Shown here piece after piece: positions 1 through 9,200 of a stretch of 64,000 nt of DNA. The stretch covers positions 1 to 64,000 of the IMG/VR virus record IMGVR_UViG_3300036981_000255. One strand, written 5' to 3'. Position numbers and translations under genes: made by a program. Source of the stretch: a virus. Numbering within the stretch: position 1 is the stretch's first letter; every line of letters begins with the position of its first letter. The notes under the pieces were generated by a model, which made no database searches, was not told the DNA's origin, and was given only the letters and a program-made list of their open reading frames with translations.

Positions 1-54
1 TTTAAGTCTTCTTGGAAAGGAAAACTAATTCCTAAATATTTATCGTCTGTCATG

Positions 55-657
55 TTAAATTATTTCAGTTATAGCCGTATTGTCAAAAACAACATAGGCA
101 TTTTTGTTTCCAAGTCCAATATCGTCCAAATCTTCAATTTCTGATGTTGAATATTTTAACCCAATATAGCCCATTTTCTGTAATACTAAATTCATAGCAG
201 TACAAACATTGGCATAACTGTTGAAATCATTTGTATTTAGCTTATATTTCTTTAGTAAATCTTGAAAATCTTTTGTGGAGTCTAACGCCCAACTGATTCC
301 AATATAATCTTCGTTTGAAATATCTGCCAACTCATCTTCCTCGTAGTCTGTTATTTGTTTTAGATATTTTCGTCCAAGATTTGTTTTGAAAACTACATCT
401 AATTGAGTTAAAAACTGTGTCAATTCGCTTGAAGTGAAATTTCTTGTCGTGTCAAATATACTCCCAGTAATATCGTATTGTTTGATTTTATCACCGTAAA
501 ACTTGGCTACGCTCAAATCATCTGTTAGATATAATCCTTTGCCAAATAAATCAACATTGCCAGTTTCGTTTTTACCGACTCCACGAATAAGTTTCAAACC
601 TTCGTTTAAAGATAGATTTTCTACGATTAGATTGTTGATGTATTTTTGTAATGTCAT
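55..657 (-). CDS. Putative virion-associated protein with an ART-like (G-x-G-x-Y-x-T) domain
   Basis: 200-aa ORF with RG...LFGKGLYLTDDLSVAKFYG and C-terminal YVVFD, resembling ART-PolyVal-type domains; N-terminal ...LNEG leader. Confidence 0.45.
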   Translation of the reverse strand: MTLQKYINNLIVENLSLNEGLKLIRGVGKNETGNVDLFGKGLYLTDDLSVAKFYGDKIKQYDITGSIFDTTRNFTSSELTQFLTQLDVVFKTNLGRKYLKQITDYEEDELADISNEDYIGISWALDSTKDFQDLLKKYKLNTNDFNSYANVCTAMNLVLQKMGYIGLKYSTSEIEDLDDIGLGNKNAYVVFDNTAITEII

Positions 658-662
658 TTAAA

Positions 663-899
663 TTAACTTTTTATCTTATATTTTAATTTATTTTTTATTA
701 ACTTGCCTAATTCAATTTCTGAAAGATGTGGGTCAATATCAAATATTTTCGATAAAAGTTTAGATGTATTATGTAAGCCGTGTATTTCGTTATCTATCAA
801 TTTTAAATTATTGAAGATAGTATGTTTAAATACATCTAACGATGTTTCTCGTAATCTAGGGATTTTCTCACTTTCAATTTCATCGTGATTCTGTGTCAC
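663..899 (-). CDS. Hypothetical protein, start uncertain
   Basis: ORF track; the frame stays open to about 950 without ATG; TATTTATA motif at 952-959 upstream. Confidence 0.45.
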   Translation of the reverse strand: MTQNHDEIESEKIPRLRETSLDVFKHTIFNNLKLIDNEIHGLHNTSKLLSKIFDIDPHLSEIELGKLIKNKLKYKIKS

Positions 900-971
900 A
901 TTTTTTATTTCATCATTGCTTGATAACCAATTTGCATATTCTATCTTTTTCTATAAATATCCGTAAATCAA

Positions 972-1029
972 TAAAACAAAAAAAAAATCAAAAGACTTAC
1001 AACTTATGTCTTTTGATTTTTTTGTTTTC
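972..1029. terminator. Inverted repeat, probable intrinsic terminator
   Basis: AAAACAAAAAAAAAATCAAAAGAC ... GTCTTTTGATTTTTTTGTTTT. Confidence 0.65.
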
Positions 1030-1104
1030 GTCCCAATTATTGCAATTATTTGGGATAAGTTTTGTTTGTAACAAAAAGCGTCATAATTTGTTACAAAAAA
1101 AAAG

Positions 1105-1225
1105 TTACAAACTAGATTCATGTTGAGCCATTTGACGTTCAAAGTCATTTCTTTCGACAATCGTATCAAAATAGTCTAACGGAAATCCTTCGACATTACT
1201 AATGCAATAGGATGTGTAAACGTAG
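1105..1225 (-). pseudogene. 3' half of a 73-aa gene split by TnpB element 1
   Basis: Minus strand reads (D)YVYTSYCISNVEGFPLDYFDTIVERNDFERQMAQHESSL*; joins in frame to 2662-2762 when the element is removed; hairpin at about 1064-1097 follows the stop. Confidence 0.8.
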
Positions 1226-1256
1226 TCTTACTAACGTCAATCATTAATAATACAAT

Positions 1257-1282
1257 AACATTGAAAATCACATAAGAGTTCC
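1257..1282 (-). promoter_or_regulatory. GGAACT-N17-GTT ECF-like promoter motif, facing out of element 1
   Basis: Same motif and spacing at 5121-5146, 12672-12697, 57188-57213 and 61578-61603. Confidence 0.65.
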
Positions 1283-1305
1283 ATATAAAAAACTTTAATC
1301 TCGAC

Positions 1306-1313
1306 TATTTATA
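1306..1313 (+). promoter_or_regulatory. TATTTATA putative late promoter upstream of tnpB1
   Basis: Same octamer lies on the sense strand upstream of many virion genes. Confidence 0.6.
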
Positions 1314-1342
1314 GTTACATTACAATAAAACGAAAATCACAA

Positions 1343-2593
1343 TTGATAAGAATTTCACGTCATAGTATCAGTAACACGGCAAACCGAAATAAACTCAATA
1401 TTTTGGAACAGATGTGTGTTGACTATAAACACGATGTTCAATTATGTGTAAATAAACTTGTTAGTGGTGAATTACCATTAGCAAATTTACATTTACCAGA
1501 ATTTGTATTTGGTGGTATTTTAAAACATAGTCATTATGTGCGTGATATATATTCTAAAGCCAGTCAAATAGTTCGTGGAGAAATAACTGTTGCTGAAAAT
1601 CGCAGATTTGAATGTTATCAAGAAATCTACAAAGAGTTAATAGAAGCAGACAGACACCCTGCGTTCACAAATAAACGTTATAGTGAACTCAATCTCAAAC
1701 ACATTTTCAAAAGTAGGTTCTTCACAATTCCAGTTATCAAAAACATCACTATTGATTTAGCAAAAGATTTGGTTGACATTCAAGAAGGAAAACACTTTGA
1801 CAATTTTGTTAGATTGAAACTCCCTTATTTTAATGAAAGGGGAACTCTGTCAAAAAAAATCAAAATCCCAGTAAAGAACTATCAACACGCCAACAAGTTT
1901 ATCATAAAAGGATACATACGAAAAACGTCTATTCAAATCAAAAAAGTTGGCGATAAAATGTTTGTCAATTTTCTTTGGCAAAAAGATGAACCAATTGGCA
2001 ACCCTAAATTCAAAATTAAAAATAAGTCTAAACACAAAGTTAAACTCAATCCAGCCAACTATTCCAACCACATCGGCAATTCAATGGGCATCGACTTAGG
2101 CTATAAAAAACTAATTGTAACGTCAAAAGGTCAAGTCTTAGGAACTGACATGATAGACCTTTACAAAGAGATAGCCGATTGTACACGCAACACTAAAAAA
2201 TACAAACGTCTCATAAAAGAACGCAACAACAAAATGAATTATTACGTCAATCAAATTGATTTTGAAGGCATATCAGTTCTCAAAATAGAAGATTTGAAAG
2301 ACGTTAAAAAAGATACTAAAGGAAAATTTTCAAAAAACTTCAATGCAAAACTAGCAAGTTGGGTTTACGGTAAAATAATAAATAAGATTACGATGATATG
2401 TGAGGACAAAGGTATTTTGTTGGAGAAGGTTTCTCCTGCCTATACATCACAAACATGTTCATCTTGTAAGTCGGTACATAAAGAAAGTCGCAAAGGCGAA
2501 AAGTATGAGTGTATTGATTGTGGATTAAAGATTGATGCAGATTATAACGCAGCAATCAATATCAGCAATAGAGGGAGCTTGCAGTCCCCTTAA
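1343..2593 (+). CDS. tnpB: TnpB / Cas12f-like RNA-guided endonuclease (copy 1)
   Basis: RuvC-I GIDLG, RuvC-II IEDL, YTSQTCSSC...CIDC zinc ribbon, RuvC-III DADYNAAINI; catalytic D-E-D intact; TTG start. Confidence 0.93.
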   Translation: MIRISRHSISNTANRNKLNILEQMCVDYKHDVQLCVNKLVSGELPLANLHLPEFVFGGILKHSHYVRDIYSKASQIVRGEITVAENRRFECYQEIYKELIEADRHPAFTNKRYSELNLKHIFKSRFFTIPVIKNITIDLAKDLVDIQEGKHFDNFVRLKLPYFNERGTLSKKIKIPVKNYQHANKFIIKGYIRKTSIQIKKVGDKMFVNFLWQKDEPIGNPKFKIKNKSKHKVKLNPANYSNHIGNSMGIDLGYKKLIVTSKGQVLGTDMIDLYKEIADCTRNTKKYKRLIKERNNKMNYYVNQIDFEGISVLKIEDLKDVKKDTKGKFSKNFNAKLASWVYGKIINKITMICEDKGILLEKVSPAYTSQTCSSCKSVHKESRKGEKYECIDCGLKIDADYNAAINISNRGSLQSP

Positions 2594-2683
2594 CTTTATA
2601 AACTGATTTTGTGTGAGGACATTATACCATTTGGTTGATGTTTTTATATGGGATTGGTAACTCCGCATGGTCTTCGTCACAAA
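2571..2683 (+). ncRNA. Putative omegaRNA of tnpB1 (scaffold to 2663, guide from 2664 CGCATGGTCTTCGTCACAAA)
   Basis: Conserved with 40953-41046; 21-bp stem 2602-2622/2638-2658 with compensatory changes between copies; similarity ends abruptly after GGTAACTC; 5' end uncertain. Confidence 0.75.
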
Positions 2684-2762
2684 CATCACAATTGCATGTG
2701 CCACTGTTGCGATATATTGGTTTACCGATTCTGTCCAAGAACCATTCTTTTGATTTTTGCAT
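2662..2762 (-). pseudogene. 5' half of the gene split by element 1 (CxCxxC motif)
   Basis: MQKSKEWFLDRIGKPIYRNSGTCNCDVCDEDHA; start overlaps the upstream stop (TAATG at 2760-2764); now reads on into the element to a stop at 2622. Confidence 0.8.
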
Positions 2763-2986
2763 TATATGGATTGTTTATAGCGGTCAACAACTTCTTCAAA
2801 AGCAAATTTTACATTGTAGCCACATTTTATCATGTCGTAAAACACGTCCAACTTTTTTAAGTTTGTAAAATTCCAATGCCATAATGTAAACATTTGCCAT
2901 TTATTCAATGGATTGTGATTTTCAATGGCTTTTTGAAAAATCTGTTGCCTTTTTTGTTTTTCTGTTAATTTAATTGAGTTGTTCAT
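2762..2986 (-). CDS. Hypothetical protein
   Basis: 74-aa ORF in a tightly packed minus-strand operon. Confidence 0.7.
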   Translation of the reverse strand: MNNSIKLTEKQKRQQIFQKAIENHNPLNKWQMFTLWHWNFTNLKKLDVFYDMIKCGYNVKFAFEEVVDRYKQSI

Positions 2987-2992
2987 AATTGT

Positions 2993-3298
2993 TTATTTAT
3001 ATTTTTCTAACAAATTATTTACAATTTCTTTTACTTTCTTGCATACATAAATGTCAGTTGCTGATAAATGAACAAATGCGTTTGAACCTAATTCATCAAG
3101 CAATTGAACCAAAGCAACTGCATATAGTTCAAGGTCTGTTGATGTATGCTCGGCAGCAACTTCACTTCTCGACAAGTTACAAAATGATTTAACATTTGTT
3201 CGTAAATAATCATGATGATAAGTGAATGGTACTCGACCTTTAGAATGTGGAAGCCTATCTATAACTTCTAAAATTTGTTGACTTGCAATATGTTCCAT
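2993..3298 (-). CDS. Hypothetical protein
   Basis: 101-aa ORF, ATG start, operon packing. Confidence 0.75.
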   Translation of the reverse strand: MEHIASQQILEVIDRLPHSKGRVPFTYHHDYLRTNVKSFCNLSRSEVAAEHTSTDLELYAVALVQLLDELGSNAFVHLSATDIYVCKKVKEIVNNLLEKYK

Positions 3299-3311
3299 TT
3301 TTTTTATGTTT

Positions 3312-3521
3312 TTAACAATTAGCTACAATAGTAAAGTTTTCTGATACAAAAGTTTGACATTCCAAATGATTTTTACTGTAAAATACCATTTGCTCTCCAT
3401 CCCATTTGAACGGCTCTGCATAAATTCCTGCAAAACCATTGTTATTCAAATGCCTTATATCTTTTATCAAATGACTTATTGTGTAAAGTCTTTGGTCTTT
3501 GTTGTTGCGAAATATGTTCAT
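3312..3521 (-). CDS. Hypothetical protein (likely start MNIFR)
   Basis: ORF track; internal ATG avoids overlap with the upstream gene. Confidence 0.65.
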   Translation of the reverse strand: MNIFRNNKDQRLYTISHLIKDIRHLNNNGFAGIYAEPFKWDGEQMVFYSKNHLECQTFVSENFTIVANC

Positions 3522-3522
3522 G

Positions 3523-3720
3523 TTAATCGTTAAGGTTGACCAGTAAACTATACAATTCTTCACTTATTGGTATCCATTCTCGTTTTGAAACTTCACAATA
3601 AACTTTTGCAAAATATTCACCATCTTTTAGTTTGACATGAAGTGAACCATAACAATTACCGAGACCTGCTATTTTAGTTTTCATTTTTATATAATTAAAA
3701 GTCAATAATTTATTTTCCAA
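3523..3720 (-). CDS. Hypothetical protein
   Basis: 65-aa ORF, operon packing. Confidence 0.65.
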   Translation of the reverse strand: MENKLLTFNYIKMKTKIAGLGNCYGSLHVKLKDGEYFAKVYCEVSKREWIPISEELYSLLVNLND

Positions 3721-4226
3721 CCTCTGTTGTCCACATAATAGGCATCTGCATAAAAACGTTGTACTATTGCAAGCATATTGAACCGATTTTGACCATAAGT
3801 TTTCACAAGAAATCTCGTTTTTCCGTTGGCTTGACTGTAAATCAATTGATATCCAAGCGTTGAATCTTGTGATAATTCTTTAACAAAAGATTTTGCATAA
3901 AAATCTGTGGCTTGTCCGTCTGCCTTAGACAAATATTGTATCAACAAAGTATCGGGCAATTTCGTTTCTGTGAAATAGTCTTTTGATTGACCAACCTGTG
4001 CCGTTTGGCTGAAAGTCGTTTGGCTTGATAACAATAAAATTGTTGCCAATAGAAGTGTTTTTTTCATGTTTTTGTCATCTTTATTAAAATATTTAAGATT
4101 AAGTTCAAAATAAATTAATGTTAATAAAACATAAATTGCTTCATCATCCACAAAATATTTTAATGTTGCACACATCAGTACAACTATTACAAGTGGGATA
4201 AATCGTTTGATTAGATAATTTATCAT
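3702..4226 (-). CDS. Membrane or secreted hypothetical protein
   Basis: N-terminal hydrophobic segments plus an internal signal-peptide-like MKKTLLLATILLLSSQTTFS|Q. Confidence 0.65.
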   Translation of the reverse strand: MINYLIKRFIPLVIVVLMCATLKYFVDDEAIYVLLTLIYFELNLKYFNKDDKNMKKTLLLATILLLSSQTTFSQTAQVGQSKDYFTETKLPDTLLIQYLSKADGQATDFYAKSFVKELSQDSTLGYQLIYSQANGKTRFLVKTYGQNRFNMLAIVQRFYADAYYVDNRGWKINY

Positions 4227-4248
4227 AGTTTTTTTTGTGATTTGTTAG

Positions 4249-5079
4249 TTAATTTGTAAAATAATAGCCATTATCTTCAACGTCAATTTGTTTGTTAATT
4301 GGTTGGCATCTGCGAAGCCTGTAAACTTCTGCCATCATTTCTTCTTCTGTGCAAAAATATTTTGTCCAACTATCATTGTCACTTCCAGATAATCTGATAT
4401 AAAATGGACAATGTTTTTCATCAACCTGTTCAGACTTATCTCCTTTCAAAAGATTTTTAATTGTATCTAATGAATTTTTTAAACCTAATGATTTGACGTG
4501 TGCCAATTTTGTCTTTTTATCCATCAAATACAAATTAAAATCAACCTTCACGTCACGTGGAATATGATGATTCCAAAGATTTAAAAAAGAATCCAAAGAT
4601 GTTAATTCTTGACTTCTGTTTTTGCCGAAAGTCAAATGACAACCTTCTTTGTCGTTTTGAACGTAGTTTCCATAAAATGATGTGTCTTCATCGACTTCAA
4701 TAAATTCCCCATTCTTTTCATTTTTTATTTTAACTGCCTTGATAATATCAGCAGAAATCCACTTATTTGCCTTGATTTCCAATTCTTGTAAAAATGTGGA
4801 ATTTGGAAAATGTTTGTCGAAAAATTTGTTGACTATTCCAAAATTGAAACCTTCAGAATATTTGTCAACGTCTGACAAATTGTCAATTGCAATAGTGAAA
4901 GTCGTTTGAAATAGTTTCTTTTTGTTAAGAAAATCTCCATAAAATACAATCACTGGCAATGCCATGTAAAGTTTTGCTTGACTCGTATTGTAATAAAAAT
5001 GAGCCAATTGACCAAATAATTTAACTTCATTGGAAAATCTAAAAAAAACCTTTTGTGGAAATATTGATGGCTCTGACAT
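4249..5079 (-). CDS. Hypothetical protein (likely start MSEPS)
   Basis: Long ORF downstream of the GGAACT-N17-GTT motif. Confidence 0.75.
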   Translation of the reverse strand: MSEPSIFPQKVFFRFSNEVKLFGQLAHFYYNTSQAKLYMALPVIVFYGDFLNKKKLFQTTFTIAIDNLSDVDKYSEGFNFGIVNKFFDKHFPNSTFLQELEIKANKWISADIIKAVKIKNEKNGEFIEVDEDTSFYGNYVQNDKEGCHLTFGKNRSQELTSLDSFLNLWNHHIPRDVKVDFNLYLMDKKTKLAHVKSLGLKNSLDTIKNLLKGDKSEQVDEKHCPFYIRLSGSDNDSWTKYFCTEEEMMAEVYRLRRCQPINKQIDVEDNGYYFTN

Positions 5080-5120
5080 ATTTATGACATTTAAAGTTAT
5101 AAAAAGATTACAAAACAAAC

Positions 5121-5146
5121 AACAGAAGATTTTTAAATTTAGTTCC
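5121..5146 (-). promoter_or_regulatory. GGAACT-N17-GTT promoter motif
   Basis: Intergenic, exact spacing match to four other sites. Confidence 0.65.
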
Positions 5147-5160
5147 TTGTATTATAAAAA

Positions 5161-5415
5161 TCATTTGCTATCTTCAACAACATAAGACTTATAGTCAAAA
5201 TCTTTTGACAAATGACCCCTATCTTTAAAAAATTGAATTTCTGAAAGCCAACAAATTCCACCTCTTTCTTGTCGCCTTTCCATTGTTTGATTGTTCTCGC
5301 CAAATATGGCTACATAAGCAGCCCAAAGGATTTTTGCGCCATCTTCTGATATTGTTGCATATCCGTTGCAACTGCCTTCGTGTTTTGTATCGAGTAGGAT
5401 TGTGTATGTTTTCAT
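5161..5415 (-). CDS. Hypothetical protein
   Basis: 84-aa ORF. Confidence 0.7.
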   Translation of the reverse strand: MKTYTILLDTKHEGSCNGYATISEDGAKILWAAYVAIFGENNQTMERRQERGGICWLSEIQFFKDRGHLSKDFDYKSYVVEDSK

Positions 5416-5663
5416 ATTTTTTTTATAGTTTCAATAAAATCTTGTGCTATTTTAAGACCATAACTATATGGTGTACAAGCAATATCTTCGGCTTGTTCAA
5501 GTGAAAGTCCAACAGATATTTCTCTCATGTTAAAATAAATGTATAAATAAATCCCATGACTTTTTTCCATATCCTTATAGTATTTTACAACTATATCTTC
5601 TGAAACTTGGTTCAAAATGTCTATTGCTTTTAGATAAATGTCTTTTGGTTGTTGCATAATCAT
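5412..5663 (-). CDS. Hypothetical protein
   Basis: 83-aa ORF, ATGA overlap with the next gene. Confidence 0.7.
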   Translation of the reverse strand: MIMQQPKDIYLKAIDILNQVSEDIVVKYYKDMEKSHGIYLYIYFNMREISVGLSLEQAEDIACTPYSYGLKIAQDFIETIKKI

Positions 5664-5666
5664 GGT

Positions 5667-5981
5667 TTAATATTCCGAAAAAACTTCTGGTTTTAATAAT
5701 TCAAGCTCTTTATAAACAGATTCAAATTTTTCTGTTATATAAGGTTTTATTGGCATCTGTTTTGCGATATATGCCATACAAGCGTAAATCCCAGTCCAAC
5801 CATACTTTTGAAAGATTGGTAAAACCCAAACCAAATCCCTTTCATCGAGTAGAACCATGTCAGCGCAAGCATAGTCAAAAAAGTCATTGGCATTCAATGC
5901 AATGCCAAATGACCCTTTGATTAATTTTTTTAAATCTTCTTCCATTTGTTTATGTGCCATAAGATATTTGTAAAAAGCCAA
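5667..5981 (-). CDS. Hypothetical protein
   Basis: 104-aa ORF. Confidence 0.7.
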   Translation of the reverse strand: MAFYKYLMAHKQMEEDLKKLIKGSFGIALNANDFFDYACADMVLLDERDLVWVLPIFQKYGWTGIYACMAYIAKQMPIKPYITEKFESVYKELELLKPEVFSEY

Positions 5982-6198
5982 TGTTTATACAATTGTGATA
6001 ACCTTCGTAGAAGTTATCTTCATTCTCATGAATCCAATTGAATTTCCATTGTTTACGAATTGCAATCGTTAGATAACATAATTTCCATCGGAAAATCCTT
6101 CCTGCTATAAAATGATTGAAACCGCCATATTTATAGCCATTGGCATTGAAAGTGAAGATTCCCCACTTGAAGAATATTTTTTTTAGATAGGTTTTCAT
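5950..6198 (-). CDS. Hypothetical protein
   Basis: 82-aa ORF. Confidence 0.6.
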   Translation of the reverse strand: MKTYLKKIFFKWGIFTFNANGYKYGGFNHFIAGRIFRWKLCYLTIAIRKQWKFNWIHENEDNFYEGYHNCINIGFLQISYGT

Positions 6199-6211
6199 GT
6201 TGTTATTTTAA

Positions 6212-9200
6212 TTAAGAAGAACAGCCGAAGCATTCAAATGGAGAATCCTTGGGTTTTTGTGGTAAATCAGTTGATTCTGTTACAGCTAACTTGTGATTAT
6301 TTTCTCGAATGTCTTTTGTTCGTGTGTAATACACACCAGTCTTCAAACCATTCTTCCAAGCAAACATCAATGCGCTTGAAATTTTACTGTATTTTGCGTC
6401 TGCATGATACACATTCAACGACTGTGATTGGTCAACATATTTATTGCGGATTGCTGATAATTCAAGCAACGTTTTCTGCGGAATCTCCCAAACATCTTTG
6501 TATCTGAAACGAATATCTTCTGGAATTTGGAAAATCTTTTGAATGCTGCCAGCATTTTTGATAAGTTCGTTTTTCATATTCTCATTCCAAAGACCCAATT
6601 CATCTAACTCGTTGATTAAATATTTGTTGATGATTACAAATTCCCCTTGACCTACTTTTCTTGTGAATAGATTTGAAGTTACAGGTTCAAACGACTCGAA
6701 AACACCCAAAAGAATTGCAGAAGAAGCCGTTGGCATTAAACCTACAAATAAGGAATTTAGAACAGCGATTGGTTTGCCATTTTCGCAAGGTGACCATCCA
6801 TCAATGTAGGTTAAACCTTGCTCATACGGACTACCATACCATGCAGGGTAAACTCTGCCTTGTTCCAACGACATTTTGTGGCTCTCCAAAAGAGCTGCTT
6901 TATAAATCGTTTGAAATATATCGTGATTCCATTGTTTTGCTTCTTCAGATTCAAATGATATTTTCTTTTTGGCAAAGAAATCCGCAAGTCCAGCGACTCC
7001 AATGGCTAAGGCTCTTTGGTCAAGTCCTGCGTTTTTTGACCAGTCATCTGACCATTTGTTTTTGTCAATGACAGCGTTCAACGCTCGAACCATAACGCTT
7101 GCGCTATGAGCGATGGTCTCCAAATTGTCATGTTCTGCGAGATTGATAGAACCGAGAGTGCATTGGGCTGTGTAATGTGGTTTGGATACTTGATATATTT
7201 CATTACAATTCCCTGTTAAAATTCCATTGAACATGCCTTTATGTTTTTTGGGTTCATTAAAACAATATGTATCGCTTAAAATTGGTTCTTTTTCAATATT
7301 TTGAATTTTTATAAATGTGTAAGCTTCTCTATTTGGTTGTTTAATGGTGTATTTGAGTCTATGACATTGCAAACCTAAATTATGTAATTTGTATAAAGAA
7401 TTGCCATTTATTAAAATTCTATATACTGTTTGGCAATCAAATAGTATGTTTTTTTCTTGATTCACGTTGTTAGATGGTAACAAATATTGACCAGCTTCTC
7501 TAGTTAATGTAACTTTTGAATACACACCCAATGTTTGCAGCATTAATTGTAAATCACTTAGAAATGGAATATTTACAGAAGCAATTTGTAAGCTTTGTGA
7601 ACCACAATTGTTTGTAACTGTTCCATCTGAATCTAATAAACCTGCCAACCAATCTAAACGGCTTTTAATAGAGTATTCTGAATTTGGAATAAAAAATTTA
7701 TCTTTCAAAACACGTGTATGACAATATTCTCTATCTTGTTTTTCTTGAGTTGACCATTCACCAATCAATGGCATTGTAAACAATGATTTCAATTCACGTT
7801 TTTGCCCATATAAATAAATTCTTTGACCACTATCCGTTAAACAACCATCGCCAGTGTAGAAACCATTTTCATACGCATATTCCAATTCTTTTTCTCCGTT
7901 GATTATTGGCAACTCATGTTTAATCAATTTATCACCAATTTGTAATTCGTTGGCTCTTTTTTCAATTAATTCGTATTTATTTTTTTTACTTTTTTGACCC
8001 TTATAACCAGTTTGCACATAAAACTTATGATATTCAGTACAAGTCAATTGGTGTCCAGAATCAGTTGTAATGTTTAACATCTGTTGATTTTCACCAGTCT
8101 TTTGGACAACTGTTTTTGAAAATTCTTCACCATTCCACACATTAACTTCTTGATTTTCTAACGTTTGAATTTCAATATATCCTTTATCTGTTAATATTTT
8201 AGTATTTGGCGCAACACACAAATTAGACTGCTTCACAACACCTATATTACGTTGCATGTTATTCTTATTTGCATTGTCTTTAAACATCACATAAGGCTTT
8301 CCGCTTTCAACTTGAGATTTGATAATAAAATCCCAAAGTTTTTTCGGTTCAATCGGTTGACCTAAACCTAAATCTACTGCTTTTTGATATTCTGCTTCAA
8401 ATTCTTTACCCCACAAATCGTGTAAAGGCTTGATTCCTGCCATTTCTAAATCATTCGGGCAGAACAGATGCCAAAGTTCATTAGATTGCAATTTTTCCAT
8501 GAATAAATCATTTATAACGACTGCTGTGAACAAATCTCTTGTTCTCATTTGTTCGTCACCTGTTGGCAAAGTCAGCTCAAGGAAATCAACAATGTCTTTA
8601 TGCCAAAGCGACAAATATAATGCACAACTTCCTGCTCTGCTACCTTGTTTGTAAAAACGCATTTTTGCTTGAACCATGTCAGCCAAACGAACTACGCCAC
8701 CTGCTTTTCCGTTGAAACTTTTCACATAAGATTGTTTGCTTCTGATTGGGTCAATCAATAAACCAATTCCAGAACCTTCTTTTGAAGCGTAAGCAATTTT
8801 TGTTAAAGTTTCTTCAATATCTTCAATCGTGTCACCTGCAAGCATCGTCAAATTGCAAGAAATTCCTGCGCCACGATTTTCAATACCCATATTTGTATAA
8901 ATGGGTGTGGCAAAGTTCATGCGTTTAGTCATGAGTTCCTCTAACATCAATTGACATTCATCTTCATCTGCTGATAAATAAGAAGCCACCCGATGATACA
9001 TACAAGATGGCAATTCTACTGGCACATTGTTAATTCTTTTGGAGTATTTTTCCAAAAACGTAGTGGCAGCAAAAAAATCGTAAGACATGTCAACTTCTGC
9101 CAAAGGTTTATCAATTAATTTCGATTGACGACTCATTAAAATTCTTCCGCCTAACAATGAATAATCTGGGTGATTTAAACATTTGTCAGCAGATTCAAAA

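Larger units (their letters stand above)
1228..2663 (+). mobile_element. Transposase-less TnpB element 1 (IS607-like or solo TnpB)
   Basis: Both ends align with element 2; removal restores an in-frame gene with empty site cgtAGTCcgcatgg; TC at both junctions, no longer TSD; no tnpA; ends uncertain by 2 nt. Confidence 0.85.

Noticed and set aside
1343-2593. Calling the TnpBs CRISPR-associated Cas12f
   Set aside because: No repeat-spacer array is visible near either gene; each has one scaffold whose guide is the insertion flank.
1228-2663. Self-splicing IStron or group I intron restoring the split gene
   Set aside because: No space for a ribozyme core, and the minus-strand junctions do not give both an exon-terminal U and an intron-terminal G.
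2664-2683. Second target for guide 1 within the window
   Set aside because: None found by eye; an exhaustive search was not possible.
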